NCBI RefSeq assembly: GCF_006345805.1
Contig: NC_042997.1
Location: forward strand, 39,556,001-39,620,000
Length of the DNA: 64,000 nucleotides
Source of the DNA: Octopus sinensis
Taxonomy: Eukaryota
Reading direction: 5' to 3'
The translations under genes were made by a program, and so were the position numbers. The notes under the pieces are model-generated. The model ran no database searches. It saw nothing but the letters and a program-made list of their open reading frames with translations, and had not been told where the DNA came from. Numbering within the stretch: position 1 is the stretch's first letter; each line of letters begins with the position of its first letter. This document shows, piece by piece, positions 51,346 to 64,000 of this stretch.

Positions 51346-51535
51346 TTTTGTGAACAGGTCGGGGTCTTAAAGCGACGAAAATATTTTGACAAATTAAACT
51401 TAAATGTTGAAGTGAATCGAACGGCTTTTGTGTGTTTCTTAAATGGCTTACAAACACCTTCCACGCTGCAATTGTTTTCGTTTCAGCACACGATCTTAGA
51501 TCAAATCACTTGCTAAGCAAGTACATCTCCATAAT
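51346..51535 (+). mobile_element. Probable Penelope-like pLTR fragment (partial copy at 12050-12125)
   Basis: TGAACAG-GTCG..CGAC-GAAA hammerhead-like motif; the 3' part is shared with 12065-12125. Confidence 0.45.
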
Positions 51536-52151
51536 TTCTTTTGTTTGCTTTCTTGTTTATCATTAATACCACAACTATAAGCTAGAAAAACTATCTAATT
51601 TGTAAATAGATTGATTGAAGTTATTTGAACTATTGTAATGTGCTTTAAACAATGTCACATCCCAATATTCAGTGAATTCATTAATTGTTTGCACATTTTC
51701 TGACATTCTATTCATTTAGTCATTATCTTTCTTGGAGTCACTGATTATTTATCAAATTTTCTTGTTATAATATAATTATATTAATTTTTGCTATTATCAA
51801 TTTACTGTATAAGATAAAAAAAATAAAATATATAAAGAGAAATGATATGCAACTCAAATGATCACAGTGATATTAGTTGAAATCAAAATAGACATCATAA
51901 AAAAATACTTATTGAAATGGTTATAGTAGTAATAAAAGGCATATTCCAGTTATCAGCTTATTTTGCAAACTAAAGGAATATAAGCAAATATCAATAAATT
52001 TATCAGTTTACATAGAACTACGCTATAAATTTTTTTTGATATCTGCTTATGCAAACTCTCCATTTTATTACATAATTAAGTAAGTTGCTAAAAATTATTT
52101 CAAGTCATGTGAACATAGACTGACATTTTTTGAATGTAGTGTATGTATATA

Positions 52152-52190
<39 letters not shown>

Positions 52191-52303
52191 ACACATGCAT
52201 GTGCATGAGTGTGTTTTAAAAAATGCAAGACATTTTAATCAAGTTACTTGAATATGCCTTAAAACTCTGAAATAGTAAAGTTTCCAGTTAGTGGTCACAT
52301 GTA

Positions 52304-54205
52304 CAGTGTGTCCCCAAAAATGTATATACACAGTGAATGTTTATGAAGTCAATGTTTATTAAACTACGTTGCATTTTCAAAATTAATAGAATCTACAAAC
52401 AGAATTTTATTTTTTTATGAATACCTCTTTTCAAACTGATGACTGTTCTGGTTTGGGCTCTGCTTATAATGTGAAGCAATAGAATTGCAAACATCATCAT
52501 CATCGTTTAACGTCTGTTCTCCATGCTAGCATGGGTTGGACGGTTCGACCAGGGACCTGGGAAGCCAGAAGGCTGCACCAGGCTCCAGTCTGATCTGGCA
52601 GTGTTTCTACAGCTGGATGCCATTCCTAACGCCAACCACTCTGAGAGTGCAGTGGGTGCTTTTTATGTGCCAGGCGAGGCTGGCAATGGCCACGATCAGA
52701 TTGGTGCTTTTTATGTGCCACCAGCACGGAAGCCAGTCGAGGCAGCGCTGGCATCGGCCACGTTCGGATGGTGCTTTTTACGTGCTACCGGCACAGAAGC
52801 CAGTCAAGGCGGCACTGGCATCGGCCACATTCGGATGGTTGCTTTTTAGGTGCCACTGGCATCGAAGCCAGTGTAGGCAGCACTGGCATTGGCCACGTTC
52901 GGATGGTGCTTTTTACGTGCCACCGGCACAGGGATCACAACTGCAGTTTCCATTGATCTTTGATGTTGGTGTCCTTGACTCAATGGATCTCCTCAAGCAC
53001 AGGGTCAAAACGGTGTTTCTTTACTTGCCATCTGCACAGGAGTCAGTCCAGCAGCCCTGGCAACTGCCGGGTGCCAGTCATAGGATTGGTTCAATTTCGA
53101 ATTCGATTTCGACTTCGCTTGCCTCAACAGGTCTTCATGTGTCCAAGGAAGAAAAGGCATGCATAAGTGGGCAAGAAGCATTTTGTTTGGTATTTGTGCA
53201 CATTTTTATTAAATGGTTGCCTTTGATTCATCAAATGTCACTGGTTTTGTTGCATAAACCTTATTAAGTATCCCCATAAAAAATGTCTAATGGCATGTAG
53301 TCCAGTAAATGCCAAGGTTATTCTACTGAACCTCTTTATCCAATCTACCTGTTTGGCAAAATTTCATAAAAGTAAGTCCTTACTTTACTACAGTTGCGTA
53401 GGGGTGCCCTCTTGCTGGAGATAAAACTCCACATCTTCAAAGTCCTCTTGAATGCATGGCATAACAGTTTGTAGCAGCAAGATCAAGTAAAGGGGACCCA
53501 TCATAGCTTCAATGAAAAAGAATGGTCTAATTAATCCTTTTGATAATTAGCCTCACCACACTGTAATGCCTGGTAAATTAACATGATATTCCTCTGTAAT
53601 ACGTAAATTCTTGGGTCCTCTGTTGGTGCAATTGTGGCTGTTAATTATGCTGGTTAATTTAAATGCAGTCTCTACTCTCCAAATGTTCCTTTTTTTTGGA
53701 AAGTATGCATCTTGTACACATCTTCAGTTTGGATCATCTTCATTGAGAGCATGGACTATTCTTGGAATGTGACTTTCCCAATGACAGTGCTTTCCAAATG
53801 TGATGGACATTGATTTTGTAATTCCTCTTTCATGACTCACTTGCTGCACTAATTTTCTTGAACTCTGGCAATATGTTTTTAGTACACTTTCTTGCTTTGT
53901 GGAACTTGTCAACATCTGTGGCCTTCCAGAGTATTTCCTATCGACATTCTGAATAGTTCCATTTACTTTAAACTTATCAGTAATTCAAGAGATGGAGTTA
54001 TTTTGGATTTCTTTGAAACTCTCTCCTAAATTGTCCTTGCCCTGTGACTGCATTTTCAAACTTCCAGTGGCACTTTAGGATAGATTTCCCTTGTCCAAAG
54101 CTTAATCTGTCCCCTTTCATTATTTATAATGGGTTAAATTTAAGAAGAAATGAAAGTTGAGTTATCATCTGTTAAAACGTGTATACATTTTTTGGAGACA
54201 CCCTG
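52304..54205 (-). mobile_element. Decayed Tc1/mariner-superfamily transposon (probably DD37D/maT-like), interrupted by an RTE fragment
   Basis: TIRs CAG(T/G)GTGTC(C/T)CCAAAAA..TGTATA with TA TSD; transposase remnants SGRP, VHALNEDD, LPGITV, QQEG and P..L.PLD.FLWGYL. Confidence 0.88.
52496..53172 (-). mobile_element. RTE 3' end with ~5 array units
   Basis: Tail, terminus and units; 53110-53172 is homologous to 872-930. Confidence 0.92.
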
Positions 54206-54347
54206 TATACTTTACTCACAAGATCATATAAGGCAAATTGTGATTAAAACATTAATAAGCTGTGAATGAATAAAATAAAAATAACAAATACTATCTACCT
54301 ATGGTGATTTAGTAACCAACAAAACTAGGGTCAGCATCTAAGCTTAC

Positions 54348-54386
54348 CTTTTGTACTTGGACAGATGTGATGGTCCCAAAGCGATC
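54348..54386 (-). CDS. 39-bp internal exon (DRFGTITSVQVQK) of an unidentified host gene
   Basis: Acceptor TTTTTGTTTTACAG|G, donor AAG|GTAAGC, length divisible by 3, no stop codon. Confidence 0.62.
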
Positions 54387-54830
54387 CTGTAAAACAAAAA
54401 TGTAGTGATGTCTTTTTGATTCTTCTATTTCATTACTATTACCCACTCTTAGCATTGAGCACATAACATTTAGGAATACACATTCGCATTAGGATTTTAG
54501 CCTTTCTGTTTTTTATATCTGTTTTTTCCTTCTAGGATAATTGGGAAGCTTTTTGTTCATGGATCATTGCCTTACTTCACAAGACATGATTCCTACTGCT
54601 AACTACTTGGCTGTCAATGGTAAACCTTGGTTAAGTAGACAAAGTGGATACTACTTGAAATGTCTTCACTCCGATAGTAAGATGGGATTTTTTTTTCTCA
54701 CAGTTTAGGACATGAATAAATATGAGTATGATACAACAATAGCAGATATACAAGTATCTGAAACCCACAAATGAAAAGTCTATGCTTAAAATGTGCAAAA
54801 TTTTTCTCAAAAGTTTGCTGGAAGCATTAA

Positions 54831-55052
54831 CCCTTTCATTACTGTATTTATTTTGAGATGCTCTGTGTTTCTTTCAATTACTTTAAATATAACAAAGAAT
54901 TTAGTAAAATAACTTAAGTTATCATTAAGCTAGTGTTAGGAACATAAATTGTGACTAAGGTTTGGTGGAAGATTTTAATTCAAAACTTATGAAAACAAAA
55001 CATTTGTACTACAGAGCCACAGACGGTTTCAGCCAGGTTGGTATTGAAAGGG
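54831..55052. mobile_element. TTAA MITE, opposite orientation (older relative at 55123-55342, partial at 55936-56085)
   Basis: TTAA-CCCTTTC..GAAAGGG-TTAA; body is the reverse complement of 5407-5625. Confidence 0.92.
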
Positions 55053-56769
55053 TTAAAGAACTTTTGATATGTATTTGTGCTGTGAGTGAAGCAGAAAAAA
55101 GATATATAAGCATGGAATAAATGTAATCCTTTTCGTATTTCTGTTGAGATACACCGCCTTTGTTTCAGTTAATTTTGGTAATTAGAAGAATTAAGCTTAA
55201 TAACTTTGTCATTTTAAAGCTGATGCTTGGAAGATATATTAGAATGAAATTTTGAAGGAAGACTTTGACTTAGGTCAGTTTAAAAAAGCTTTTAGAATAA
55301 GACCAAGGGCTGTCTCAGGTAGATTGGTATCGAAGGGGTTTAAACTAACATCTTTGTTAACCTAGATAAAATTGTTCTTTTATACAACTGTAAGTACATC
55401 CATGAGTGGTGTGATTCAATATGGAAATAAAACAGGCCGGGGGGGGGGGAAGTCAGAATATTTGGAAACAATTAACTCTTATCTGTGGATTTAATAGACA
55501 AAGAAATACAAACCAGTTGAGAAAACATTTGTGTATCAGATGATAAGTATTGTTTTAGTAGTGTTGATTGAACATCGTTTACCTTGAAAGTCACTGATAA
55601 AATGAATGAATTAGTCACAACTCCTAGCCATATCTATTTCATTAATATTGTGATGATACTGTACTAATACTTAGATTCTAATATCTGTGACACCCATTTT
55701 TATAAAGAAAGATCTGTTGTTACATTGAGTAGTTAAAGGGACTACACGCACATTAACTCACCAAATGTGTATCACGAGTATTTCTGAATTTGAGGCTCAA
55801 GGGGTGTTTGTACAGATATTGACATAAAATGTTTATGAAAGATGCATATTGAATACGAAATATTTTTAAGCTGGAAGTAGAAAAGAGTGAAGAATACCAG
55901 AGAAGTAACTATTGCAAAATTGGATAAAAAGGTTGTCAACCGTTTTGTTACCATATTTCTGTTGAGATGTTCTGTGTTTCTTTCAATTAATTTTAAATAT
56001 AATAAAGAATTTAGTTAAATAGCTTAGTTATCATTAAGCTTGTATTAAGGACATAAATTGTAACTAAGGTTTGATGGAAGACTATTATTGAAGTCAGGGG
56101 ATCCTACTTTGAAGGAAATTAGTGTTTTATACTTCTTTGAAGTTAATAAACATCTCTCATGAAAATGTCTGAAAACTTCTGGAATGCATCTTGTCCATCC
56201 GAAGTGCTTCTTCTGGTCTACATCTGCCAAATCCACTCACAAGGCTTTGGTTGGCTTAGAGCTGTATGTAGAAGACTCTTGCCCAATATGCCATGCAGAA
56301 GGACTGAACCCACTGTTATCACTCTAGTTATTCTTTCATATTACGTTTTCACAATTCCAGGACATGACTAATGTATTTCCCTTGGCTCTGCTTAATGCAG
56401 GAGAAAGAATAGTTATATAATTGGAATTTAAAATCAAATATACCTATTTAAACTTCAAATAGCAAGAATTTTTCTGGAAGTACACAATACTATGCCTTTC
56501 AACCATTAAAAATTCTATGTGCAAATGACTGTTCACATACATTTACAAATAAAACAACAAAAGGCTGAACTCCACTTTTTTTTTACTACTTCAAAGTTCA
56601 CAATAAATTCTGCAATCTGAAACTATCACAAAACACTCTCATCAAACATTGCCAACATGTAGTGATTGTATCTATTGACTATTGATTAAATTCAGTATGA
56701 CTTACTAAAAAACTGCTGAACAGAGGTACTGCAATTTTTTGGCTCTCCAAACAAAAGGGCTTTTTTAAA

Positions 56770-56950
56770 ACTTTTACTTGTCTCAGTCATTGGACTGCAG
56801 CCATGTTAGGGCACGAGCTTAATGTAGGTAGCTGAACAAATTGACCCCTCTATTTATTTTTAAGTTTAGTACTTATTCTATCATTCTCTTTTGCTGAACC
56901 ACTAAGTTATAGGGACATAAAGAATCCAACACCAGTTGTCAAGCACTGGT

Positions 56951-56996
<46 letters not shown>

Positions 56997-57130
56997 CACA
57001 CATGATAGGCTTCTACACAGGTTCTGGCTACCAAATTCCCTCAGAAAGCATTGGTTGACTCAGAGCTATAGTGGAAGATATTTGCCCAAGGTGCTGCACA
57101 ATGGGACTGAACCTGAAACCGTGAGGTTTG
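56770..57130 (-). mobile_element. Decayed SINE-A, followed by a decayed SINE-B (57145-57345, plus)
   Basis: Similarity to the other family copies. Confidence 0.78.
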
Positions 57131-57401
57131 CAAAGTATTGATCTGGTGGAATCATTACTGAGCCAGACAAAATGATGAGTGATGTTTCTTCTGTCCCTTT
57201 ATGTTCTGGGTTCAAATACCACCAAGGTCAATTTTACCTTTCATTCTTTTGGAAGTGATAAAATAGATCCCAGTCCAGAACTGGGATCACTGCAATTGGC
57301 TTCACCGTCTCACCAAAATTGCTGGCCTTATACCAAAATTAGAAATAATTATTACTGCTATTGTTATTGCTAGTATATGAAGTGATCAAAATTGGAAATA
57401 T

Positions 57402-57402
<1 letters not shown>

Positions 57403-57452
<50 letters not shown>

Positions 57453-57708
57453 GTTTAACGTCCGTTCTCCATGCTAGCATGGGTTGGACGGTTCGACTGG
57501 GAATCTGGGAAGCCAGAAGGCTGCACCAGGCTCCAGTCTGATCTGGCAATGTTTCTACAGCTGGATGCCCTTCCTAATGCCAACCACTCCGTGAGTGTAG
57601 TGGGTGCTTTTTATGTGCCACCGGCACAGGTACCAGGCGAAGCAGGCAACGGCCATGATCGGATTGGTGCTTTTTACGTGCCACCGGCACAGAAGCCAGT
57701 CAAGGCGA
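57403..57708 (-). mobile_element. RTE 3' end with two array units
   Basis: Long (GAT)n tail, terminus and units. Confidence 0.92.
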
Positions 57709-58048
57709 AATAAAATAAATGAAATAAAGTAAAATAAATAAATAAATAAATAAAAAAACCCCAAACCAAAATTGTCTCAATGTTTTCTGATGTCTAGGAC
57801 TGCATCTGTAGTAGTAGTTCTGGAACCATTTGATGGTGTATATGGTGCTGTCTGCTAGTGAGTGTAGCTTCTATAGTTATATTTTTTTTAAAGAAAGTCT
57901 GTTGTTGCAAGATTGAATGTATTTATATATACTTATGTACATGTCACATGTACATCATAACTTACTAACTGATACTTAACCCAATAATTCTATTCTAATG
58001 CCTCTGAATACCTGTTGTAATGTATAAATATACGTGTGTATATATATA

Positions 58049-58086
<38 letters not shown>

Positions 58087-59017
58087 ACACATACATATCA
58101 TGTCACCCATTTTAATACCAACTCCTGACTCATCTTAGGCTCACATCCAACTAGTACAATGTGGTTCACAAATATACCAACCTGTAGCTATTACACATAC
58201 TACCTTTTCCTGTTTTTGCTTTTTCTGCCACTGCTAAAATGAACTTAGTTCCTTGGAACTTTAATTCAAGCACTTCCAACACCCTCATCTCTTCTCTTCT
58301 GACCATATACTTTATGCTGACCCCAACCAAGTTTCTCACTGATCCTTATGTCCAGTGTTTTATTCCCAGGGCCACCTTCTGGCATTCCTTCTCTGCGCAT
58401 GCTTTTTATTCTGCAGCAGCAAACTTGCAACTGTCCAAGTGGATTGTTAGTAGTGCTAGTCTGAACAGTCATACTGGGCCTGTGATGGCCATACCAGCAA
58501 TGAGCACATCTCTCCTCTTCTAAACTAAGTGAATTAGAAAGAAATGAACCAGTCACTTGGTTCACCAAGTGACTGGTTCATTAATAAACCAATTTATTAT
58601 AAAAAATTCAATCATTGTATAGTGACAATTAGAACAACATGATTTCTTTACTTTTAATTTTAGAGTTAAAAGTCTGCCCGATATATAAATTATAAAAGTA
58701 CATAACATTTTGCCTTCAATTTTATGCTAAATGACTCTATTATAGATACATATATGTCATCTATAAGTCATTGCTTCAACCCACAATTTACATATGACTT
58801 GATGTTTGTTTGATGGTGGATATGTAATGTAAATACTCTTCTATATCAATTCATTTTAAACTACTACTATGCTATCTACATATACAAATGATAATGCAAA
58901 ACAGTTCAATTATTCATTTGCTGTAACAGTCCCAAATGTACAGTGTTTGAATTTATACTGAGTATGAGGAATAGTAAAACTTATATATATTTGAATGCAT
59001 ATAAACATTAAGCATTA

Positions 59018-59238
59018 CCCTTTCATTACTGTATTTCTGTTGAGATGCTCTGTGTTTCTCTCAATTACTTTAAATATAACAAAGAATTTAGTAAAATAAC
59101 TTTGTTATCATTAATCTAGTGTTAGGAACATAAATTGTGACTAAGGTTTGGTGGAAGATTTTAATTCAAAACTTATGAAAACAAGACATTTGTATTACAG
59201 GACCAGAGCCGGTTTGAACCAGGTTGGTAACGAAGGGG
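59018..59238. mobile_element. TTAA MITE
   Basis: Same family as 5407-5625; right TTAA intact. Confidence 0.9.
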
Positions 59239-60417
59239 TTAAAAACCAACTGTAAATTCTTGGTTATGATTTATTTATAAGGCTGGGACTTTCCTATTAT
59301 GAATATTTTTTGGGGAAAAAAAAAATTACTACTCAATGACTTCACTTGAGAAATGCATGTGATTTGTTTTGTTGGTTTCCACCTGAATGTGTAGTATCAC
59401 ATGACCAGGAAGGAATACCTGTTGGTAATATGTTCTAAATAACATCTGTCTAGGGAAAAATGAGTAAGCTTGGTAGTGGTAGTACTACTACCTGATCATA
59501 TTTTCTTTCTTCACCTATTATTCCTCACTATCACCGTCTTACTTCATTATATCAACAACTTCCTGTACAAGTAATCATAGTCGTGATAATAATTAAGCAT
59601 AGACACATATATATGTTAGTTAAAAATAAACGATTTTTTGAGGAGTTAATTGTGCCAGAGTGGGTTTATTACCTTTCTATTAAAGAAAAAAAAAAAAAGA
59701 AAATCAAAGTAGGAATATTTTTTTCCTTCAGATGCAGAAATTCTAGAAGTGTGCTTGTCAGATGGTAAGGATTGTTGGCTGTACTTAAGAACTAAAAGCA
59801 TTCCAAGTCAGTGATGAAAATAATCTCACAGTCTTATAAACTTCAACCAGAAAATGTTATTTATATGACAAAAGACAACTTTTGATATTTTGGTAAGATT
59901 AGCATATTAAGTTAGTGAGCTGCCAGAATTGTCAGAGTGTTGGGGAAAATGGTTTTGCTTTGTTTACATTGTAAGTTCAAGTCCTACCAAAGTTAACTTT
60001 GCTTTCATCCTTCTGGGGTGGGGGGAGTTAATAAAATATAGTACCAGTTTTGTACTGTCATCAGTGTAACAGACTAACTCTTGTTCTACTCAATCCCCTC
60101 AAAATTATTTGCTTTTTTGTTAAAATTAGAAACAATTGTTATTTGTAAATAATATCTGATGGTTTGAGCATAAAAATGCAAAACATAAATTGGATTTACT
60201 TCACCATCAAAGACTAGATATTTCTATTCCATTCCATTCTTTCCCTGAATAATTTTTATGATTTAAAATTTCTTAAAACATGTATTAGTTTTAAGTTCTG
60301 AAAAATTCCTTGTTTAAAAAAATTGATTTGAAAAAATTGATTTGAAAAGCAAAATTACAATGTTATGTTGATTAAGTTAAATAATGATTTGTACTGAACT
60401 GAACTGCTGTGGTTTAA

Positions 60418-60639
60418 CCCTTTTGATACCAACCTGGCTGAAACTGCCCCTTGCTTTGTAGTAGAAATGTCTTGTTTTCAAAAGTTCTGAATTAAAATCT
60501 TCCACCAAATCTTAGTCAAAATTTATGTTCCTAACACAAGTTTAATGATAACTAAGTTATTTTACTAAATTCTTGGTTATATTTAAAATTAATTGAAAGA
60601 AACACAGAACATCTCAACAAGAATATGGTAAGAAAAGGG
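60418..60639. mobile_element. TTAA MITE
   Basis: Same family as 5407-5625; TTAA on both sides. Confidence 0.92.
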
Positions 60640-60884
60640 TTAAGATTAAGGCTCTAAATTACTCAACCATTTGTCAATCAGTTCAGATTGTACTGACGAA
60701 AAAAAAACTCAGTATAAGTTGTTGGCAGTTATGGGGACCCAAGCCATGTGTATTAGTGAAATCCAACTAGTTGATATCCTTGGTGTTCTTACACCACTTG
60801 CTGTTCTTACTTGCTATTCTTATACCACTGAATGAACATCCAAACCATCTGTACATTCTCAGTGCATCTTCATGTATGTGTGCG

Positions 60885-60923
<39 letters not shown>

Positions 60924-60934
60924 CCATATATACC

Positions 60935-61820
60935 CTTTCTACTATAGGCACAAGGCCTGAAATTTTGGGGAAGGGGATAAGTCGATTACATCGACCCCAG
61001 TGCGTAACTCGTACTTTTTTCATCAACTCCAAAAGGATGAAAGGCAAAGTCGGCCTCAGCGGAATTTGAACTCAGAACGGAGTGACGGGTGAAATACTGC
61101 TAAGCATTTCGTCCAGCGTGCTACTGATTCTGCCAGTCTTTATGTCTGTGTTTGTCCCCCACCACCACCACTTGACAAATGCTGCTTGTGTGTTTACATC
61201 CACGTAACTTAGTGGTTCAGCAAAAGAGGCCAATAGAATATATACCAAGCTTTAAAAAAAAAAATAAGTACTAGGGTCGTTACATTTGACAAAAAAATTC
61301 TTCAGGGTGGTGCTTCTGCATGGCCACAGTCTAATGACTGAAACACTTTTTTTTATGACTTTTATGAGATGTGCATAACTTAGGGAAATAATATAGGCAT
61401 GGCTGTGATTATAGGTGCTGGTATGGCTGTGTGGTAAGAAGCTTGCTTCTCAACTACATGGTTTCATGTTCAGTCGCAAAGCATGGCACCTTGGGCAAGG
61501 GTCTTCTACTAAAGCCCTTGTTCAACCAAAGCCTTGTGAGTGGATTTGGTTAGACAGATACCTGAAGAAGTTCGTCATATATATTTATATATCTGTGTAT
61601 GTGTCTTTGTGTTTGTGTTTGTGTTTGTCTTCCTTCTTTACCATTTAACAACCAGTGTTTGTTTGTTTACAGTCCCCATAAATTAGCAGTTCCACCAAAA
61701 AGGCTAAGAGAATAAGCACCAGACTTTTAAAAAAATAATTACTGGGGTCGATTTGTTTGACCCTTCGAGGGAGCACACCTGGATGGCTACAGTCCAGCAA
61801 CTGAAACAGGTAAAAGGTAA
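60935..61820. mobile_element. SINE cluster: SINE-B (minus, 60935-61137) and SINE-A-like pieces (plus, 61140-61345 and 61395-61820)
   Basis: Similarity to the other family copies. Confidence 0.78.
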
Positions 61821-62253
61821 AACAGAAAAATTGTGTTTGAGAACATTTTATTATTATGATAATTGATACTGAAAGATATTAAAAGTGTGTCCGAGAAGGT
61901 GATGTTACAAAGACTCTGGTTCAGGACTGTGTGAAGAAAATGTCTGGGTTTGAATCAGAAAATGCTATTAATAGCATTTTTTTATCTTCCTGATAAAAAC
62001 GAAGCATTTTTATCTTCTGTGTTCAAGTTCAGATATAATTAGTTCAGATATAATTAGTTCTGTTATCAACATCACTGCATGTCATATAAGCAATGCTGAA
62101 ATAATTAATCATGGACTACTAGCAGAGATTTGTCTGTCAGGGATCAGAAATTACTTTTAACCATAATCAAAAGATGTGTGTTCTTGTATATATTTAGAAT
62201 ATATAACATTGAAAGATTTAGATTGAAAAAGTATTGTTATATATATATATATA

Positions 62254-62650
62254 CTAGCAGTATCGCCTGGCATTGCTCGGGTTTGTAAGGGAAATAACTA
62301 TATAAGCATTTTTAGAGAGTTATAGCCAAAAAATAGCAAAAAAATGCATTAAAAATGGAAAAAAAATGATGGTAAATTTTTTAAAAATCGTTGACTCATC
62401 GTAGACATTTTTAGAGAGTTACTTCCCTTATATAATAGCGAAAAAATGCATTAAAATGGAGAAAAATTATGGTAAATTTTTTCAAAAATCGTCGACTCAT
62501 TGTAGACACGCGCTAATACCCAGAAGGGCTCGATATGAATCACGACTATAAGATACTCGGTTTTGGTTACACTGCACCGCAAAATGTGGGAGTAGTTAGG
62601 AATCTAAATCGTAGGAGACAGACACACAACTTGACTTTTATATATAAAGA
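62254..62650 (-). mobile_element. Non-autonomous Helitron, short form
   Basis: A|TC ... hairpin-CTAG|T; near-identical to 13716-14102. Confidence 0.85.
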
Positions 62651-62917
62651 TATATTGAAACATCTTATTTGGCAACTGAAATGGTACCAAACACTCAAAG
62701 TATTTCACATTTCACTTTATTGTACACTCAACATTCTACATTGCATAAAATAAAATTACTTGGAATTACCTAAAATAAGCCAACCATATTTGCAACAGAT
62801 GTAGAAGACAGCAATAAAAGCAAAAATAGCCCCAAACTCAAGACTCTCAGAGGCATCACATTTAACCAATTAAAAGAAACAATAGCAATACTAATGTATA
62901 AACCATATGTTATACAC

Positions 62918-63333
62918 TATTTCTTTACTACCCACAAGGGGCTAAACACAGAGGGGACAAACAAAGACAGACAAAGGGATTAAGTCGATTATATCGACCC
63001 CAGTGTGTAACTGGTACTTATTTAATCAACCCCGAAAGGATGAAAGGCAAAGTCGACCTCGGCGGAATTTGAACTCAGAATGTAACGGCAGATGAAATAC
63101 CTATTTCTTTACTACCCACAAGGGGCTAAACACAGAGAGGACAAACAAGGATAGATAAACAGATTAAGTCGATTATATCGACCCCAGTGTGTAACTGGTA
63201 CTTAATTTATCGACCCCGAAAGGATGAAAGGCAAAGTCGACCTCGGTGGAATTTGAACTCAGAATGTAGCGGCAGACGAAATACTGCGAGGCATTTTGCC
63301 TGATGTGCTAATGATTTTGCCAGCTCGCCGCCT
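62918..63333 (-). mobile_element. SINE-B dimer
   Basis: Internal junction AAAGAAATAG|GTATTTCATCTGCC (minus) near 63100, as at 7860. Confidence 0.9.
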
Positions 63334-64000
63334 TCATACACCATATATTATACACATCATGGACTGCATTGATCTTGTCAAATCCTCCAACCTCTGTACA
63401 GCAAACTACTAAAAAAACAGAAAGTAGTGTACCATTGGTAGACTGCTTACAAGAAAGCAAAAATAGAGAAAAATGAAAGATTACAATTTATTTCCACAGA
63501 AAGCTCCACACTGCATAATCCCTATCACTACATGAATGATCCACTCCTAAATACTCAAACACATCTACAATTCTATCCTAAAAACTCTCACTCCCACTCA
63601 GTCTGTTTAGACACAGACATACAAAAAATAGCAGCAACATCAATAACCCCATTAACTCCAAATTGTGAACACCACCAAGTGTATGCAGAGCGTTGTTTAA
63701 GACTAATGACATTATTGATGCAGAAGATGAGCAATTGTTGCACTCTACACAAATTTATTTTGCCTGCTTCTACTGTAAATATAGTCAGATCCTACAAGCA
63801 AACAGAATAAAAACAAAACAAAACAAAGAAAAACAAAATAAGAAACAGGATGGTCTGTGAAAAAGAAAAGCAATCTAGAATGCTACACTTCACCCATACA
63901 GTAAAATTATTGCATAGTGGAAGGCACTGTAGGGTCTTCCATAAAGCAGAGCGGTGATGAACACGAAGCCATGCATCAATTGACAAAATGTAGATCACAT

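Noticed and set aside
63590-63791. Minus-strand exon after a strong polypyrimidine-TAG
   Set aside because: No convincing donor or recognisable peptide; the pyrimidine tract may be a simple (GTTTT)n repeat.

Overview
AT-rich, repeat-dense eukaryotic DNA. The repeat content looks like an octopus (coleoid cephalopod) genome; this is an inference and was not checked against a database. Transposon debris dominates the window: (1) a 5'-truncated RTE-clade LINE at 1-3097 (minus) with an RT domain, an inserted PHD-like finger and a 62-bp tandem array in its 3' UTR, plus about 10 further RTE 3' ends with (GAT)n tails; (2) R4/Dong-type LINE fragments in (TAA)n; (3) at least four tRNA-derived SINE families; (4) Penelope-like remnants and fold-back palindromes in (TA)n; (5) TTAA, hAT and mariner MITEs, a decayed Tc1/mariner element and non-autonomous Helitrons; (6) a 1.3-kb tandem duplication. 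The only host-gene signal is a minus-strand 39-bp exon (54348-54386) and a probable terminal exon (47485-47529). Most ORFs in the supplied track are microsatellite or repeat artefacts. The most interesting signal is the RTE 3'-UTR array: a variable-copy-number unit that keeps a variable-loop hairpin and a predicted H-type pseudoknot while its sequence drifts. No CRISPR or prokaryotic system is supported.
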